From NCBI GenBank assembly GCA_044870765.1, contig JBIOZG010000005.1, positions 64,001 to 128,000 of the forward strand: a stretch of DNA of 64,000 nt. Direction: 5' to 3'. The translations under genes and the position numbers were made by a program. The DNA is from Nitrososphaeraceae archaeon (GTDB taxonomy: Archaea; Thermoproteota; Nitrososphaeria; Nitrososphaerales; Nitrososphaeraceae). Every line of letters starts with the position of its first letter. The first letter of the stretch is position 1. The notes beneath the pieces were generated by a model, which was not told where the DNA came from, made no database searches, and saw nothing but the letters and a program-made list of their open reading frames with translations. Positions 50,357 to 59,741 of the stretch are shown here, piece after piece.

Positions 50357-51046
50357 TTGAAATTAGCTTCGCTGTATTCTGGAGGAAAGGACAGTAACTA
50401 TTCTATTTTTGAAATTAATAGATGTGGACACGATGTTGTCTGCTTGGTATCCATACTACCAGCAAAAAGTGATAGTCTGTTATTTCACTTTCCGAATATT
50501 AGTCTCTCTGCCGTGCTCGCCCGAGCTATTGATTTGCCGATAAGAGGTTTTCAATCTACAGCACGTACTCTGAGCGACGAAACACTTGTCCTGCAAAACG
50601 CACTTGCTAATGTTATGGATGAATTCAACGTACAAGGAATAGTGCATGGAGGGTTATGTAGCAATTTTCAAAAAAAGAATTTTGAAAAAGTGTGTCAGAA
50701 ATTAGGATTGTCAGTATTTTCTCCATTGTGGCATGTGGATCCAGCTAAATATCTACATAAAATGATAGATGAAAATTTCAAAATTGTTATCGTAGGGGTC
50801 TCTGCATTAGGGTTGGGAAGAGAATGGCTTGGTAAGACGTTGGATCATGAAAACGTAAGGGAATTAGAATTACTATCATCAAGATACGGATTTAATCTTA
50901 ATTTTGAGGGGGGCGAGGCGGAAACTATAGTTGTTGACTGCCCCATGTACAAGAAAATATTTCGGATTAGAGAGGGACTCGTAAAATGGTTTGGAGACAA
51001 TGGAATATTTGAAATAACAGACTATCAATTAATAGACAAGCATTGA
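50357..51046 (+). CDS. dph6: Diphthine--ammonia ligase (Dph6)
   Basis: LYSGGKDS, PLWH, FEGGEAET..DCP. Confidence 0.9.
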   Translation: MKLASLYSGGKDSNYSIFEINRCGHDVVCLVSILPAKSDSLLFHFPNISLSAVLARAIDLPIRGFQSTARTLSDETLVLQNALANVMDEFNVQGIVHGGLCSNFQKKNFEKVCQKLGLSVFSPLWHVDPAKYLHKMIDENFKIVIVGVSALGLGREWLGKTLDHENVRELELLSSRYGFNLNFEGGEAETIVVDCPMYKKIFRIREGLVKWFGDNGIFEITDYQLIDKH

Positions 51047-51080
51047 ATAGCAGTTAATAAAGGTCAAAATTAAACATATT

Positions 51081-51272
51081 TTGTGCTCAATTCTAAGGAA
51101 AAGCAAATATCGAGAGAAATTCAACTACAACAACGAGGTGGATGAATATGGTTTGGGTTTGGCATTAGGATGCTGTAGACGATTGAAATTAACTCAAGAC
51201 AATGCCCCTGAGATAGTTCATTATTTGAAGGCACTTGGAAATGAAATTAATCTTTCTGACAATTACAGATAA
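51081..51272 (+). pseudogene. Probable N-terminal remnant of a tyrosine integrase
   Basis: DNAPEIVHYLKALGNEINLSDNYR* resembles, from memory, the N-terminus of Nitrososphaeraceae integrases; stops immediately with no catalytic domain. Confidence 0.45.
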
Positions 51273-51562
51273 AAGTGGCGCTTGGTTGACTCACATAACA
51301 TTGATTATCAGTAATTCATTCCCATTGATATTTAAAAGGCAGACCGTCAGCGTTATTTATGTCGACGTCGTTGTTTATCGCCTTGTTGGATTCAATAGCG
51401 TTACTTGATCCCTGGGCATCGAGGAAGGTCCGTTCCTACTGCCAGTAACTGAAGTGGAGTATATTTTTGATTTCGGAAAGCATCTAGAGAAGATGCAGCC
51501 AGTTCTGTATCACAAAATGATTGGCTCGAGATTGAACAAAGAGTAACTGAACTATCACTAAA

Positions 51563-51807
51563 TCATTTGATATAGGATAGTTGTATTTTAATTTCTTCTT
51601 TGCTATTAGTTTCGCTGTACTTTCTTCGAGCGCTTTAACCATGTCATCTAAAAATGCTTTTAGTGCCACTCTGTGTTCCTTATTATTATGATATTTATTT
51701 ATCAATACTGCCTTGGTTTCTTTATCTTCTATCCATCCAAATATTTTATTTAATCCATCTAACTTCAATTGTTCTTTTTTGTCGTGGTTATTATTATCTG
51801 TAGACAT
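51563..51807 (-). pseudogene. Small helical protein gene with a probable 1-nt frameshift near 51612
   Basis: MSTDNNN..LDDMVKALEESTA continues in the shifted frame as TNSKEEIKIQLSYIK*; 245 nt is 82 codons minus 1. Confidence 0.5.
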
Positions 51808-51825
51808 TTTACTTATTTCATCTCT

Positions 51826-51975
51826 TTAATTACTTAAACATCGAGGATCAAAATACCTTTCATATTTTTTGTCCTTGTATTCTGGTATGTAGTCATCGAA
51901 ATGTTGGCTTAAAATTTTAATTGATTTTTCGATATAAGCACAATAACATTCCTTCAAATCCTGATTTTGAACCAT
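51826..51975 (-). CDS. Small hypothetical protein or fragment
   Basis: MVQNQDLKECYCAYIEKSIKILSQHFDDYIPE... Confidence 0.35.
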   Translation of the reverse strand: MVQNQDLKECYCAYIEKSIKILSQHFDDYIPEYKDKKYERYFDPRCLSN

Positions 51976-52099
51976 AGCAATTAACCTAAATTGCATCATT
52001 ATAAATATAATAAAAACTGTAACAGACTTTTTCATAATAAAACAAAACTTTATCCTGATTAGACCCACTTTATAAGAGACGGACATCAATTCTCATGAA

Positions 52100-52681
52100 A
52101 TGAGTTTACCTCTGATTATGACGGCACTAGTGGCTATCAGCACGAATGTAGTATTATTACTATCTTTAACAGATGTCAACGCAGTAACTGTAAATAACAC
52201 AGATTTCTCTGTGGACGTGCTAGATAACTGGGCATATAGAGAGACTAATGATCCTATATCTGTTGCATTTGGTAAAGGCCCGGAACTTGGACTGGTCCCA
52301 TCCGATTTCAATGACTTCCTTCTAAATACTAGTAAGGTTTTGTCAGGAGAGGAGATTCAAAATGAGGGTGCTTATTCGATAATATCCCTTGACACCGACT
52401 ATCCTTATAGGAACGTTCCTTTAGAGACATACACCCAATATAACATTAATCTGTCCAAAGTTAAAATATTCTCTAAGGAAAATACAACCATTGATGGAGA
52501 ACCAGCAGTTAAAATTCATAGAACTGCAAGAAATAATTTAACTAATTTGGAGGTAACGGACTATTATATTGTCCATAATAGCAAACCTTACTTTTTGCAA
52601 TATGCTGCAAATGTAAATGACTTTCAAAAATACTTACCACAGTTTGAACAGATGGTAAAGACGTTCAAGTTTGTAAAATAA
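52100..52681 (+). CDS. Secreted PsbP-like domain protein
   Basis: Signal peptide, FSVDVLDNW, TTIDGEPA, YFLQY..FQKYLPQFEQMVKTFKF. Confidence 0.82.
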   Translation: MSLPLIMTALVAISTNVVLLLSLTDVNAVTVNNTDFSVDVLDNWAYRETNDPISVAFGKGPELGLVPSDFNDFLLNTSKVLSGEEIQNEGAYSIISLDTDYPYRNVPLETYTQYNINLSKVKIFSKENTTIDGEPAVKIHRTARNNLTNLEVTDYYIVHNSKPYFLQYAANVNDFQKYLPQFEQMVKTFKFVK

Positions 52682-52779
52682 AATAGAAAGTTTATTTTTA
52701 ACAAGGCTCAAAATACAAGCGTGCCTAAATTTAACGGACATGAAGTTCGTATCCGTAATCGGCGAAGGATAACCAAAAA

Positions 52780-53085
52780 ATGAAGGAAGAATTTCCAATA
52801 AGAGGCGAGAACAAGGAACGGATTGTAAATGATTTTAGATTAATTAAATTTCGATGTATCAGATGTGGTTCAAAAAATATACTAATAAATGAGATCCAAC
52901 CTTACGCTGATGGAATTAATTTTCATGGTCGTGGTCAGACTGCAAATCCGGAGAATGAAATTGAATTGACATTTTATGTTACTGCTCTTTTATTCTGTAA
53001 AAGGTGTAACCACAGATTTCACATGAAAATATTAGACCAAGGAACTCGCAATACAAATGTTTATTTCGACAATATGTTAACTTAG
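52780..53085 (+). CDS. Zn-ribbon hypothetical protein
   Basis: CIRCGS ... CKRCNHRF. Confidence 0.7.
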   Translation: MKEEFPIRGENKERIVNDFRLIKFRCIRCGSKNILINEIQPYADGINFHGRGQTANPENEIELTFYVTALLFCKRCNHRFHMKILDQGTRNTNVYFDNMLT

Positions 53086-53089
53086 AAGC

Positions 53090-53233
53090 GTGCCAAAGTT
53101 TACCTCTTCAGAAAGGATACTAGTTAAGAGTATTGTTGGGAGTTTATCTATAAAGAGAATATCCGATGAAGATATTATCAATGATATTTTTGCCAAAACA
53201 AAGAAGAGCATATTAAGGACAGGATTAGTTTAG
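53090..53233 (+). pseudogene. Truncated HTH-like 'MPKF' gene (47 aa); a second 5' stub lies at 52721-52783
   Basis: GTG start, MPKFTSSERILVKSIVGSLSIKRISDEDIINDIFAKTKKSILRTGLV*. Confidence 0.5.
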
Positions 53234-53248
53234 GTTGGCCTCGCTTAG

Positions 53249-56200
53249 TTGAGCGTCTTGATCTATGGACTAATCTTTTTGGGCTTATCCGTTCTCGTTT
53301 CATTTTCGATTCAAGATGCTTTCGCGACAACATATACCTTAGATGGGCGAATAGCCTGTGAGTCAGCGCCCTTTAACGGAGCCTGGGGTTCCACAGCTTC
53401 GGAATGCAGTGTTCTGGATGTAACCATAAGCTCTACCAATGATGTAATTATTAATTCCCCTGTTCGTCTCGCGGTTTTACAAGGTGGCAATCTCACTATC
53501 AATAATGGCGCTACAGTCACCAACAACGCCGGCATAGTCATTTATGGCCACCTGATCAATGATGGCACTCTAGTCAACGCTGAAGCCAGCACGTTTAATA
53601 TTTCTACAGCCGGCCCGAAAGGAAACCTCACCAACAACGGGAGTATCAAAAATGACGGTGCGTTTACGAACGGGGGCACTCTTGATAACACAGGGACAAT
53701 TACTAACGGTAATGGAGGGGTACTTACCAACACAGGTACCCTTTCCAATTCGGGTACTCTGACCAACGAAGGGACGATTGACAACAACTTGGGTACTATT
53801 AGCAATTCTGGAATCATCAACAATTCAGGTGCAATTAGCAATCTTGGCACAATCAACAACAGTGGCACAATCGACAACTCTGGTGTTATTGATCTATCTA
53901 CGAATGGCAACGGCAGCACGATTAACAACCTTCCCGGCGGGACACTCTCTAATTCTGGGACAATCAACATCAATCACGCCGGCCTCATTGACAACAAACT
54001 TGGCGCTGAAGTCAACAATACTGGCGATCTAATCATTTACGTCGGCGGATTCATCAAGAATGCTGGAACGATCACCAACTCTGGTGACATAAACAACGCA
54101 AATGGTGAAATTACAAATGACGGGACCATCATCAATGTCCTTGGTGAAGGAACTATTACAAACGGCGGCACGATCTTCAATAACGAGATCATCAACAATT
54201 TCTCTCAATTCACCAACACCGGTACAATAGTTAACAAGGGGTTCATTAACAACCATTCGAACTTGACCAATTCAAGAGGGACCGTCACAAACTCTGGCAA
54301 AATTAGTAATTTCGCGGGAGCAACAATAAGGAATTCGGGCGTAATCAACAATGCTGCCATGATCAATAATTATTGTGGCGGTGTACTTACCGGAACAGTT
54401 CCCAAGGGCGAGGCAGTCAATAACATTCTATGTTCATCTATCTCCATTGATGATGCGACAGTCACAGAAGGTAATTCTGGAATTAACCTTGTCTTTACAG
54501 TAACCAGGACAGGCGATCTGACCGGAACATTTAATGTAAACTATGTAACTGAAGGCGGAACCGCAACTGAAGATGTCGACTATGACCGAACTTCAGGGAC
54601 ACTAACTTTCATGGCTGGGGAATCATACCGCCTGATAACAGTAGCCGTAACCGGTGACACTGATCTCGAACCCACCGAGAAACTTAATGTGAATCTCCAG
54701 AGCTGTGTCGTATGTACCATCAGTGATGGCACCGGAGTCGGGACAATCGTGGATGACGACACTCCAATAATTTCCATAGGCGATGTCTCGATCAATGAGG
54801 GCAACGCGGGAGATACGAACTTTGACTTTAAAGTAACAAGAACAGGGGGTCTCGGAAGTTTTTCGGTCAATTTTGAAACCCAGGGCAACGCGGCAACAGC
54901 CACTGCCGGGACTGATTACCAGGCTGTTTCAGCTGGAACAGTAACGTTTGGAGCTAATGCATCAGAACAGACAATAAGAATCCTCGTGAAAGGCGACAGC
55001 ACGCCAGAGCCTAAGGAGTATTTTGGAGTGGCTCTTACCAGCTGTGCGACGTGCACGATACTTGACGGTCTAGGAGTGGGATGGATTGTAGACGATGACA
55101 CATTACCAAGAGTATCGATTAGCGACCCCTCACCAGTGTTGGAGGGCAACTCTGGAACAAAGAGCATTTTCTTTGCAGTATCAAGATCAGATACGTCAGG
55201 TAACCCATCTGTCAACTATAAGACAGAAGATGGAACGGCTGATGGAAATGACTATCAACCAGCGGGTGGAGTTGTGAACTTTCCAAATGGCATAACCAAA
55301 GTAAACGTCGAAATGTTTCTAACCGGTGATACGGCAAAAGAGAAAAATGAGCAATTCAACGTGAATCTTTCAAATTGTGTTGGATGCACTATCCTTGACG
55401 GCACTGGAGTGGGTACAATCGAAGATGACGACTTTCCATCTATCACAATCAATGATGTCGCAATGGATGAAGGAGATAAAGGGCTTATCAATTTTGTCTT
55501 TACATTAACAAATACTGGCAACCTCACAGAGGAGTCTTCAGTGAACTGGGCCACACAGGACGGATCTGCTAAAGCGGTCAGCGACTATGTGCAACTGAGT
55601 GGTATTGCAAAATTCAAACCGACGACCAGAACAACGACCCAAACAATGACCGTTGCAATCCCCGTTGTTGCTGACGAAGTAGCCGAATTGCCACCGGAAA
55701 CCTTCAATGTGATTCTTTCGAATTGTATTGGTTGCATCATTAAGGACGGAACCGGTGTGGGAACAATAAATGACGACGATACTCCAAAGGTTTACATTAA
55801 TGACGTTACTAAAGTTGAGGGCGATTCGGGAATTACTGACTTTGTCTTTAAGTTGACAAGGTCTGGCATTCGAAACGCAAGCCCGACAGTAAATTATGTA
55901 ACGCAGAGTGGCACGGCCTTTTCAGGCAGTGACTTTCAACAAGCATCTGGAACAGTTTCCGTACTTGGTAAAGCTTCAAACACATCAAACACTATCACGA
56001 TTCATGTTAGCGGAGACTCGGAAGTAGAACCGAACGAAGGCTTCAGCGTGAATCTTTCGGGCTGCAGTGGTTGCATCATTGCAGATCCTGTAGGCTTGGG
56101 AACAATCAAAGATGACGACTTTTCAGGAATCTCCATAAAAGATGCGGGGATTTGGGAAGGCAACTCTGGACAAAAGGACTTGAACTTTACGGTGACTAGA

Positions 56201-56842
56201 ACCGGCTATACCGATGGAATAGCGGCTCTACCCTGGAATACGAACGACGGAACGACTGATAGAAGCAATGACTACGTGCAGAAATCTGGAATAATTAATT
56301 TTGCAAAGGGCGAGACGGCAAAGACTATCGCGATACTTGTAAACGGTGATACTAGATTGGAAAGTCATGAGACGTTTAATGTGGAACTCGGCCCGGGTTG
56401 TACTGGATGCACCTTGGTTGACGCCAAGGGAGTGGGAACAATTCTCGATGATGACTCTCCAAGGATTTCGATACTTGATCTATCTATGAGAGAGGGAACC
56501 CGCACAACTCGTAGTTCGACAGGTGTGACAGAATTTGATTTCGTCATAGAAAGGTCAAATCTTGCAGGAGCGCCTTTGATGTGTGTTCATACTAACGATG
56601 GAAGAGCACCAAGTGCACTGGGGTCTTACTTAACTACTGTTGCTGCGGACTACTATCCTCGGGGCGACTGTCCACAGCAGAGTCCATTCAATTCCAACTC
56701 GCTTACAGCAACCATCCCTGTGTATGTTCTTAAAGACTCTGTGCCTGAAAATCCTGAGACATTCTTCGTGTGGCTTGACTCCTGTAAAGGCTGCATGTTT
56801 TACGACAATGGCGCTGTTGGAACAATCATCAATGATGACTAG
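53249..56842 (+). CDS. Large secreted adhesin-like protein: beta-helix (NxGTIxN) repeats plus 7 Calx-beta domains
   Basis: Signal peptide; Asn/Gly/Thr repeats; seven SIxD..EG..GTA..DY..E.F.V.L..GVGTIxDDD modules. Confidence 0.92.
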   Translation: MSVLIYGLIFLGLSVLVSFSIQDAFATTYTLDGRIACESAPFNGAWGSTASECSVLDVTISSTNDVIINSPVRLAVLQGGNLTINNGATVTNNAGIVIYGHLINDGTLVNAEASTFNISTAGPKGNLTNNGSIKNDGAFTNGGTLDNTGTITNGNGGVLTNTGTLSNSGTLTNEGTIDNNLGTISNSGIINNSGAISNLGTINNSGTIDNSGVIDLSTNGNGSTINNLPGGTLSNSGTININHAGLIDNKLGAEVNNTGDLIIYVGGFIKNAGTITNSGDINNANGEITNDGTIINVLGEGTITNGGTIFNNEIINNFSQFTNTGTIVNKGFINNHSNLTNSRGTVTNSGKISNFAGATIRNSGVINNAAMINNYCGGVLTGTVPKGEAVNNILCSSISIDDATVTEGNSGINLVFTVTRTGDLTGTFNVNYVTEGGTATEDVDYDRTSGTLTFMAGESYRLITVAVTGDTDLEPTEKLNVNLQSCVVCTISDGTGVGTIVDDDTPIISIGDVSINEGNAGDTNFDFKVTRTGGLGSFSVNFETQGNAATATAGTDYQAVSAGTVTFGANASEQTIRILVKGDSTPEPKEYFGVALTSCATCTILDGLGVGWIVDDDTLPRVSISDPSPVLEGNSGTKSIFFAVSRSDTSGNPSVNYKTEDGTADGNDYQPAGGVVNFPNGITKVNVEMFLTGDTAKEKNEQFNVNLSNCVGCTILDGTGVGTIEDDDFPSITINDVAMDEGDKGLINFVFTLTNTGNLTEESSVNWATQDGSAKAVSDYVQLSGIAKFKPTTRTTTQTMTVAIPVVADEVAELPPETFNVILSNCIGCIIKDGTGVGTINDDDTPKVYINDVTKVEGDSGITDFVFKLTRSGIRNASPTVNYVTQSGTAFSGSDFQQASGTVSVLGKASNTSNTITIHVSGDSEVEPNEGFSVNLSGCSGCIIADPVGLGTIKDDDFSGISIKDAGIWEGNSGQKDLNFTVTRTGYTDGIAALPWNTNDGTTDRSNDYVQKSGIINFAKGETAKTIAILVNGDTRLESHETFNVELGPGCTGCTLVDAKGVGTILDDDSPRISILDLSMREGTRTTRSSTGVTEFDFVIERSNLAGAPLMCVHTNDGRAPSALGSYLTTVAADYYPRGDCPQQSPFNSNSLTATIPVYVLKDSVPENPETFFVWLDSCKGCMFYDNGAVGTIINDD

Positions 56843-57040
56843 CCACGCTTGACCATTAATAGCTCAATCGTGTTAGAAGTATTTTGTGATCTATTTTTTT
56901 TAGACGGTTTGTTATACGTGATCATAAGTTAAAAAATTCTAAAAAAAATCGGCATATTAATAAATAAATACGGTTGGGCTATCAATTATTAGTATCGAAC
57001 TCAAATAGAGGCGTTAATTGGTTAAAAAAAATAAAAAAAA

Positions 57041-57550
57041 TTAAGGTTTGGAGTCGAATACTTTCTCCACACATACTTTTGCGTCAGCGTTATTGACACC
57101 CAATATTACTGTCTTTATCGCTTCGACTTTTGTTGCATTGGTCTTGGCAACGCCAATCATGTCATTTACTTCGGCATCTCCGTCTTCATTTAGTTTTGAA
57201 ACACAATTCTTGTCGTCTAGGACTACTCCATGTGAGTGCCATTGAGTATCGTTAGCCACTTCTGAACTATCCTCGGTTCCATGCGATGTCACAGCAAAAA
57301 TACCCTTATCGGTAACAAAAACATAGGCAAAAATCTGACTTGCATTTTGTGGTGTAGATGCTCCGGCCTTTCCTTCGACGCTTAACCATGGTTTTCCATC
57401 TTTAATGCCGAAATCTTTAATCTTAAAGTCCGCTTCGTTAAGACCGCTTTGGGCTAATGCACTATTTGCTCCTGCGATTAGAATAGCGCTGATAGCGATG
57501 AGAGTTGCTGTTAAAGGCAACGTTTTCTTCGAGTTTAGAGAATTCTTCAT
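57041..57550 (-). CDS. Secreted hypothetical protein
   Basis: Signal peptide, YVFVTDKGIFAVTSH..EDS..WHSH, Cys pair. Confidence 0.82.
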   Translation of the reverse strand: MKNSLNSKKTLPLTATLIAISAILIAGANSALAQSGLNEADFKIKDFGIKDGKPWLSVEGKAGASTPQNASQIFAYVFVTDKGIFAVTSHGTEDSSEVANDTQWHSHGVVLDDKNCVSKLNEDGDAEVNDMIGVAKTNATKVEAIKTVILGVNNADAKVCVEKVFDSKP

Positions 57551-57726
57551 GTCTAAAACTTCGTAATTACTATACTATAAGAAATTTACTTATTGCTTGA
57601 TCAGTTATTGGTCGATAAGCAATAAATAAACTCGATAAGTTAATTGCAAAAGTATAATTATTCTGCGATTTTTTTCATAAATTTCTAACTGTAAATTTAA
57701 ATATATTAGTGTTCGTTACTCTTGCG

Positions 57727-58062
57727 TTGAACAAAATATCAACGTACATGTTTGCGTCAATAACCGTCTTGGCAATAATGGCCATAGTGTCATCGCCGAT
57801 CGGTATTGCTAATGCAGCAGACCCGAAAAATGGATGGGGAGAGGCAACTTCAGAAGAGGCAGGAGAGGAGAAGCAAGGTAAAGAACTAGGTGAACATGCT
57901 TCAAATCCAGATGGAGACTCGACAAAAGGAAATGATAACAATGTGGATGACGGCGAAAATAGTCATCGTTCAGGACTTGGTAATTTGGCCAATCCTGATG
58001 ATCTAGGCAAATTCCTTGACTGTGCTGACCAAGACGACCCAGACGACCCAGCCTCCTGCTAA
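57727..58062 (+). CDS. Small secreted acidic protein
   Basis: Signal peptide, NGWGEATS, LGEHAS, RSGLGNLA, C..C terminus; start uncertain. Confidence 0.75.
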   Translation: MNKISTYMFASITVLAIMAIVSSPIGIANAADPKNGWGEATSEEAGEEKQGKELGEHASNPDGDSTKGNDNNVDDGENSHRSGLGNLANPDDLGKFLDCADQDDPDDPASC

Positions 58063-58363
58063 AGAATACGACACTTCCTAATTTTTTTCTTAAGGTTTAA
58101 CTGTTAAGATAACTCAAACTGACTTTGCAATATCCGAGCGACAAAAAATAATCATAACTACTAATATCCGAAATGTTACACGTTTATGAGTGCCGAAGCA
58201 TCGACATAATGGGCATCGACATAGTGGACAGAATGCAAAAAAGTTAGACTTGGACAAATTACTGTAGCAAATGCAATCATTGACTCAGCGATAGAAGTTC
58301 TAACCTAGAAATCTTAGCATTAATAAATAAATACGGTTTGGCTATCAATTAATAGATAAATAA

Positions 58364-59722
58364 ATGCTAGACAATCTTCGCACTAGTCTCGGAGCAGCTT
58401 TAAAGAAACTAGTGGGCGCTTCTGATGTAAATGAGGAATTAATAGATTCTTTGTGTAAGGACGTGCAAAGAGCTTTACTTCAATCTGATGTGAATGTTAG
58501 GTTGGTTCTAAGTATAACTCAGAATCTGAAAAAGAGATCTATGGAGGAGACACCTCCCAAGGGATTGTCACGAAAAGATCATATCGTTTCGATACTATAT
58601 GATGAACTTTCTAGATTGATGGGAAACACAGGAGATATAGCTGCCCAAAATAAACAACCTGAAAAACAAGTCATTTCATTCACACCAGGAAAAATGAATA
58701 TCGTACTGATGTTTGGTATCCAAGGAAGTGGAAAAACAACGGTTACTGCAAAGTTGGCAAGATGGTTAACGAAACATGGGTATCATGTTGGTGTAATTGG
58801 AGCCGATACGTGGAGGCCCGGGGCACTTACACAGCTTAAAATGAATTGTGTTAAAATAAATGTTGAGGTATTTGGAGATGAATCAAACAAAGATGCTCCT
58901 TCCATAGTAAAGAATGGAATTAATTATTTTAAGGAAGCAGGATCAGACGTCGTGATTATTGATACCGCTGGCAGGCACAAGGACGAAGCAGAACTATTGG
59001 AAGAAATGAAAAGTATGTATAATATTTCAAAACCAGACCTAATCCTACTGGTAATTGATGGAACCATCGGCCAACAGGCTTTTAGCCAAGCGAAGTCGTT
59101 CCATGAAACAGTTCCAGTAGGAGGTATCATCATAACAAAGCTTGATGGGACTGCAAAAGGTGGAGGGGCTTTAGCCGCATCTGCTGTAACAGGTGCAAGG
59201 ATTTTCTTTATTGGTAACGGTGAAAGGATCGATGATCTTGAAGAATTCAGTCCCACAAGATTCGTGGGACGACTCCTGGGAATGGGAGACATAAAAGCAA
59301 TCTTAGATTTAGCCAAAGATTTGGAAATGCAAGCAGACGAAAATCAATCCAAAAGAGTCCTTAGCGGCAAAATGACTATAGAAGATTTTTATTCACAAAT
59401 GGAAAATGTGGGTAAAATGGGATTTAGAAATATCATCGATAATTTACCTGGTTTATCTGGAGTAGTGAAGGAAGATCAAATAGATGTTATTCAGGGAAAA
59501 TTGGAGAAATGGCGATATATTATCCAATCAATGAGTAAGCATGAGAAAAGGAATCCTGAAGTAATAAACGACTCGCGCAGAAAAAGAATCGCAAGAGGCT
59601 CCGGTGTTGCTGAGCATGATGTGAAGGATCTTATCAAGAATTTCAATAATTCAAAGAGCATGATTAAACAAAGCAAAGGTAGACAAATGCAAGGTATGCT
59701 CAGAAGACTTGGCATGGGATAA
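58364..59722 (+). CDS. srp54: Signal recognition particle protein SRP54
   Basis: ALLQSDVN, GIQGSGKTT, DTAGRH, TKLDGTAKGGGALA, RIARGSG. Confidence 0.97.
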   Translation: MLDNLRTSLGAALKKLVGASDVNEELIDSLCKDVQRALLQSDVNVRLVLSITQNLKKRSMEETPPKGLSRKDHIVSILYDELSRLMGNTGDIAAQNKQPEKQVISFTPGKMNIVLMFGIQGSGKTTVTAKLARWLTKHGYHVGVIGADTWRPGALTQLKMNCVKINVEVFGDESNKDAPSIVKNGINYFKEAGSDVVIIDTAGRHKDEAELLEEMKSMYNISKPDLILLVIDGTIGQQAFSQAKSFHETVPVGGIIITKLDGTAKGGGALAASAVTGARIFFIGNGERIDDLEEFSPTRFVGRLLGMGDIKAILDLAKDLEMQADENQSKRVLSGKMTIEDFYSQMENVGKMGFRNIIDNLPGLSGVVKEDQIDVIQGKLEKWRYIIQSMSKHEKRNPEVINDSRRKRIARGSGVAEHDVKDLIKNFNNSKSMIKQSKGRQMQGMLRRLGMG

Positions 59723-59741
59723 AAAAGAAAGATTCCACTAA

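Larger units (their letters stand above)
51047..58320. mobile_element. Decayed genomic island between dph6 and srp54
   Basis: Probable integrase fragment at the left edge, frameshifted and truncated ORFs, secreted cargo genes, a GC-richer adhesin gene, duplicated srp54-upstream sequence at the right edge. Confidence 0.65.
56956..58355. repeat. 37-bp direct repeat (35/37 identical) at 56956-56992 and 58319-58355; second copy is the srp54 upstream region
   Basis: attaataaataaatacggtt[g/t]ggctatcaatta[t/a]tag. Confidence 0.9.

Noticed and set aside
53311-56547. Many minus-strand ORFs antisense to the adhesin gene (similar ones lie over the RTX, hem, purA and srp54 genes)
   Set aside because: Shadow ORFs caused by repetitive or biased codon usage on the true coding strand; no motifs of their own
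58198-58223. gcatcgacata repeated twice, and other short repeats in island spacers, as a possible CRISPR or iteron array
   Set aside because: Only two short copies with no spacer periodicity; no CRISPR array or cas gene was seen in the window
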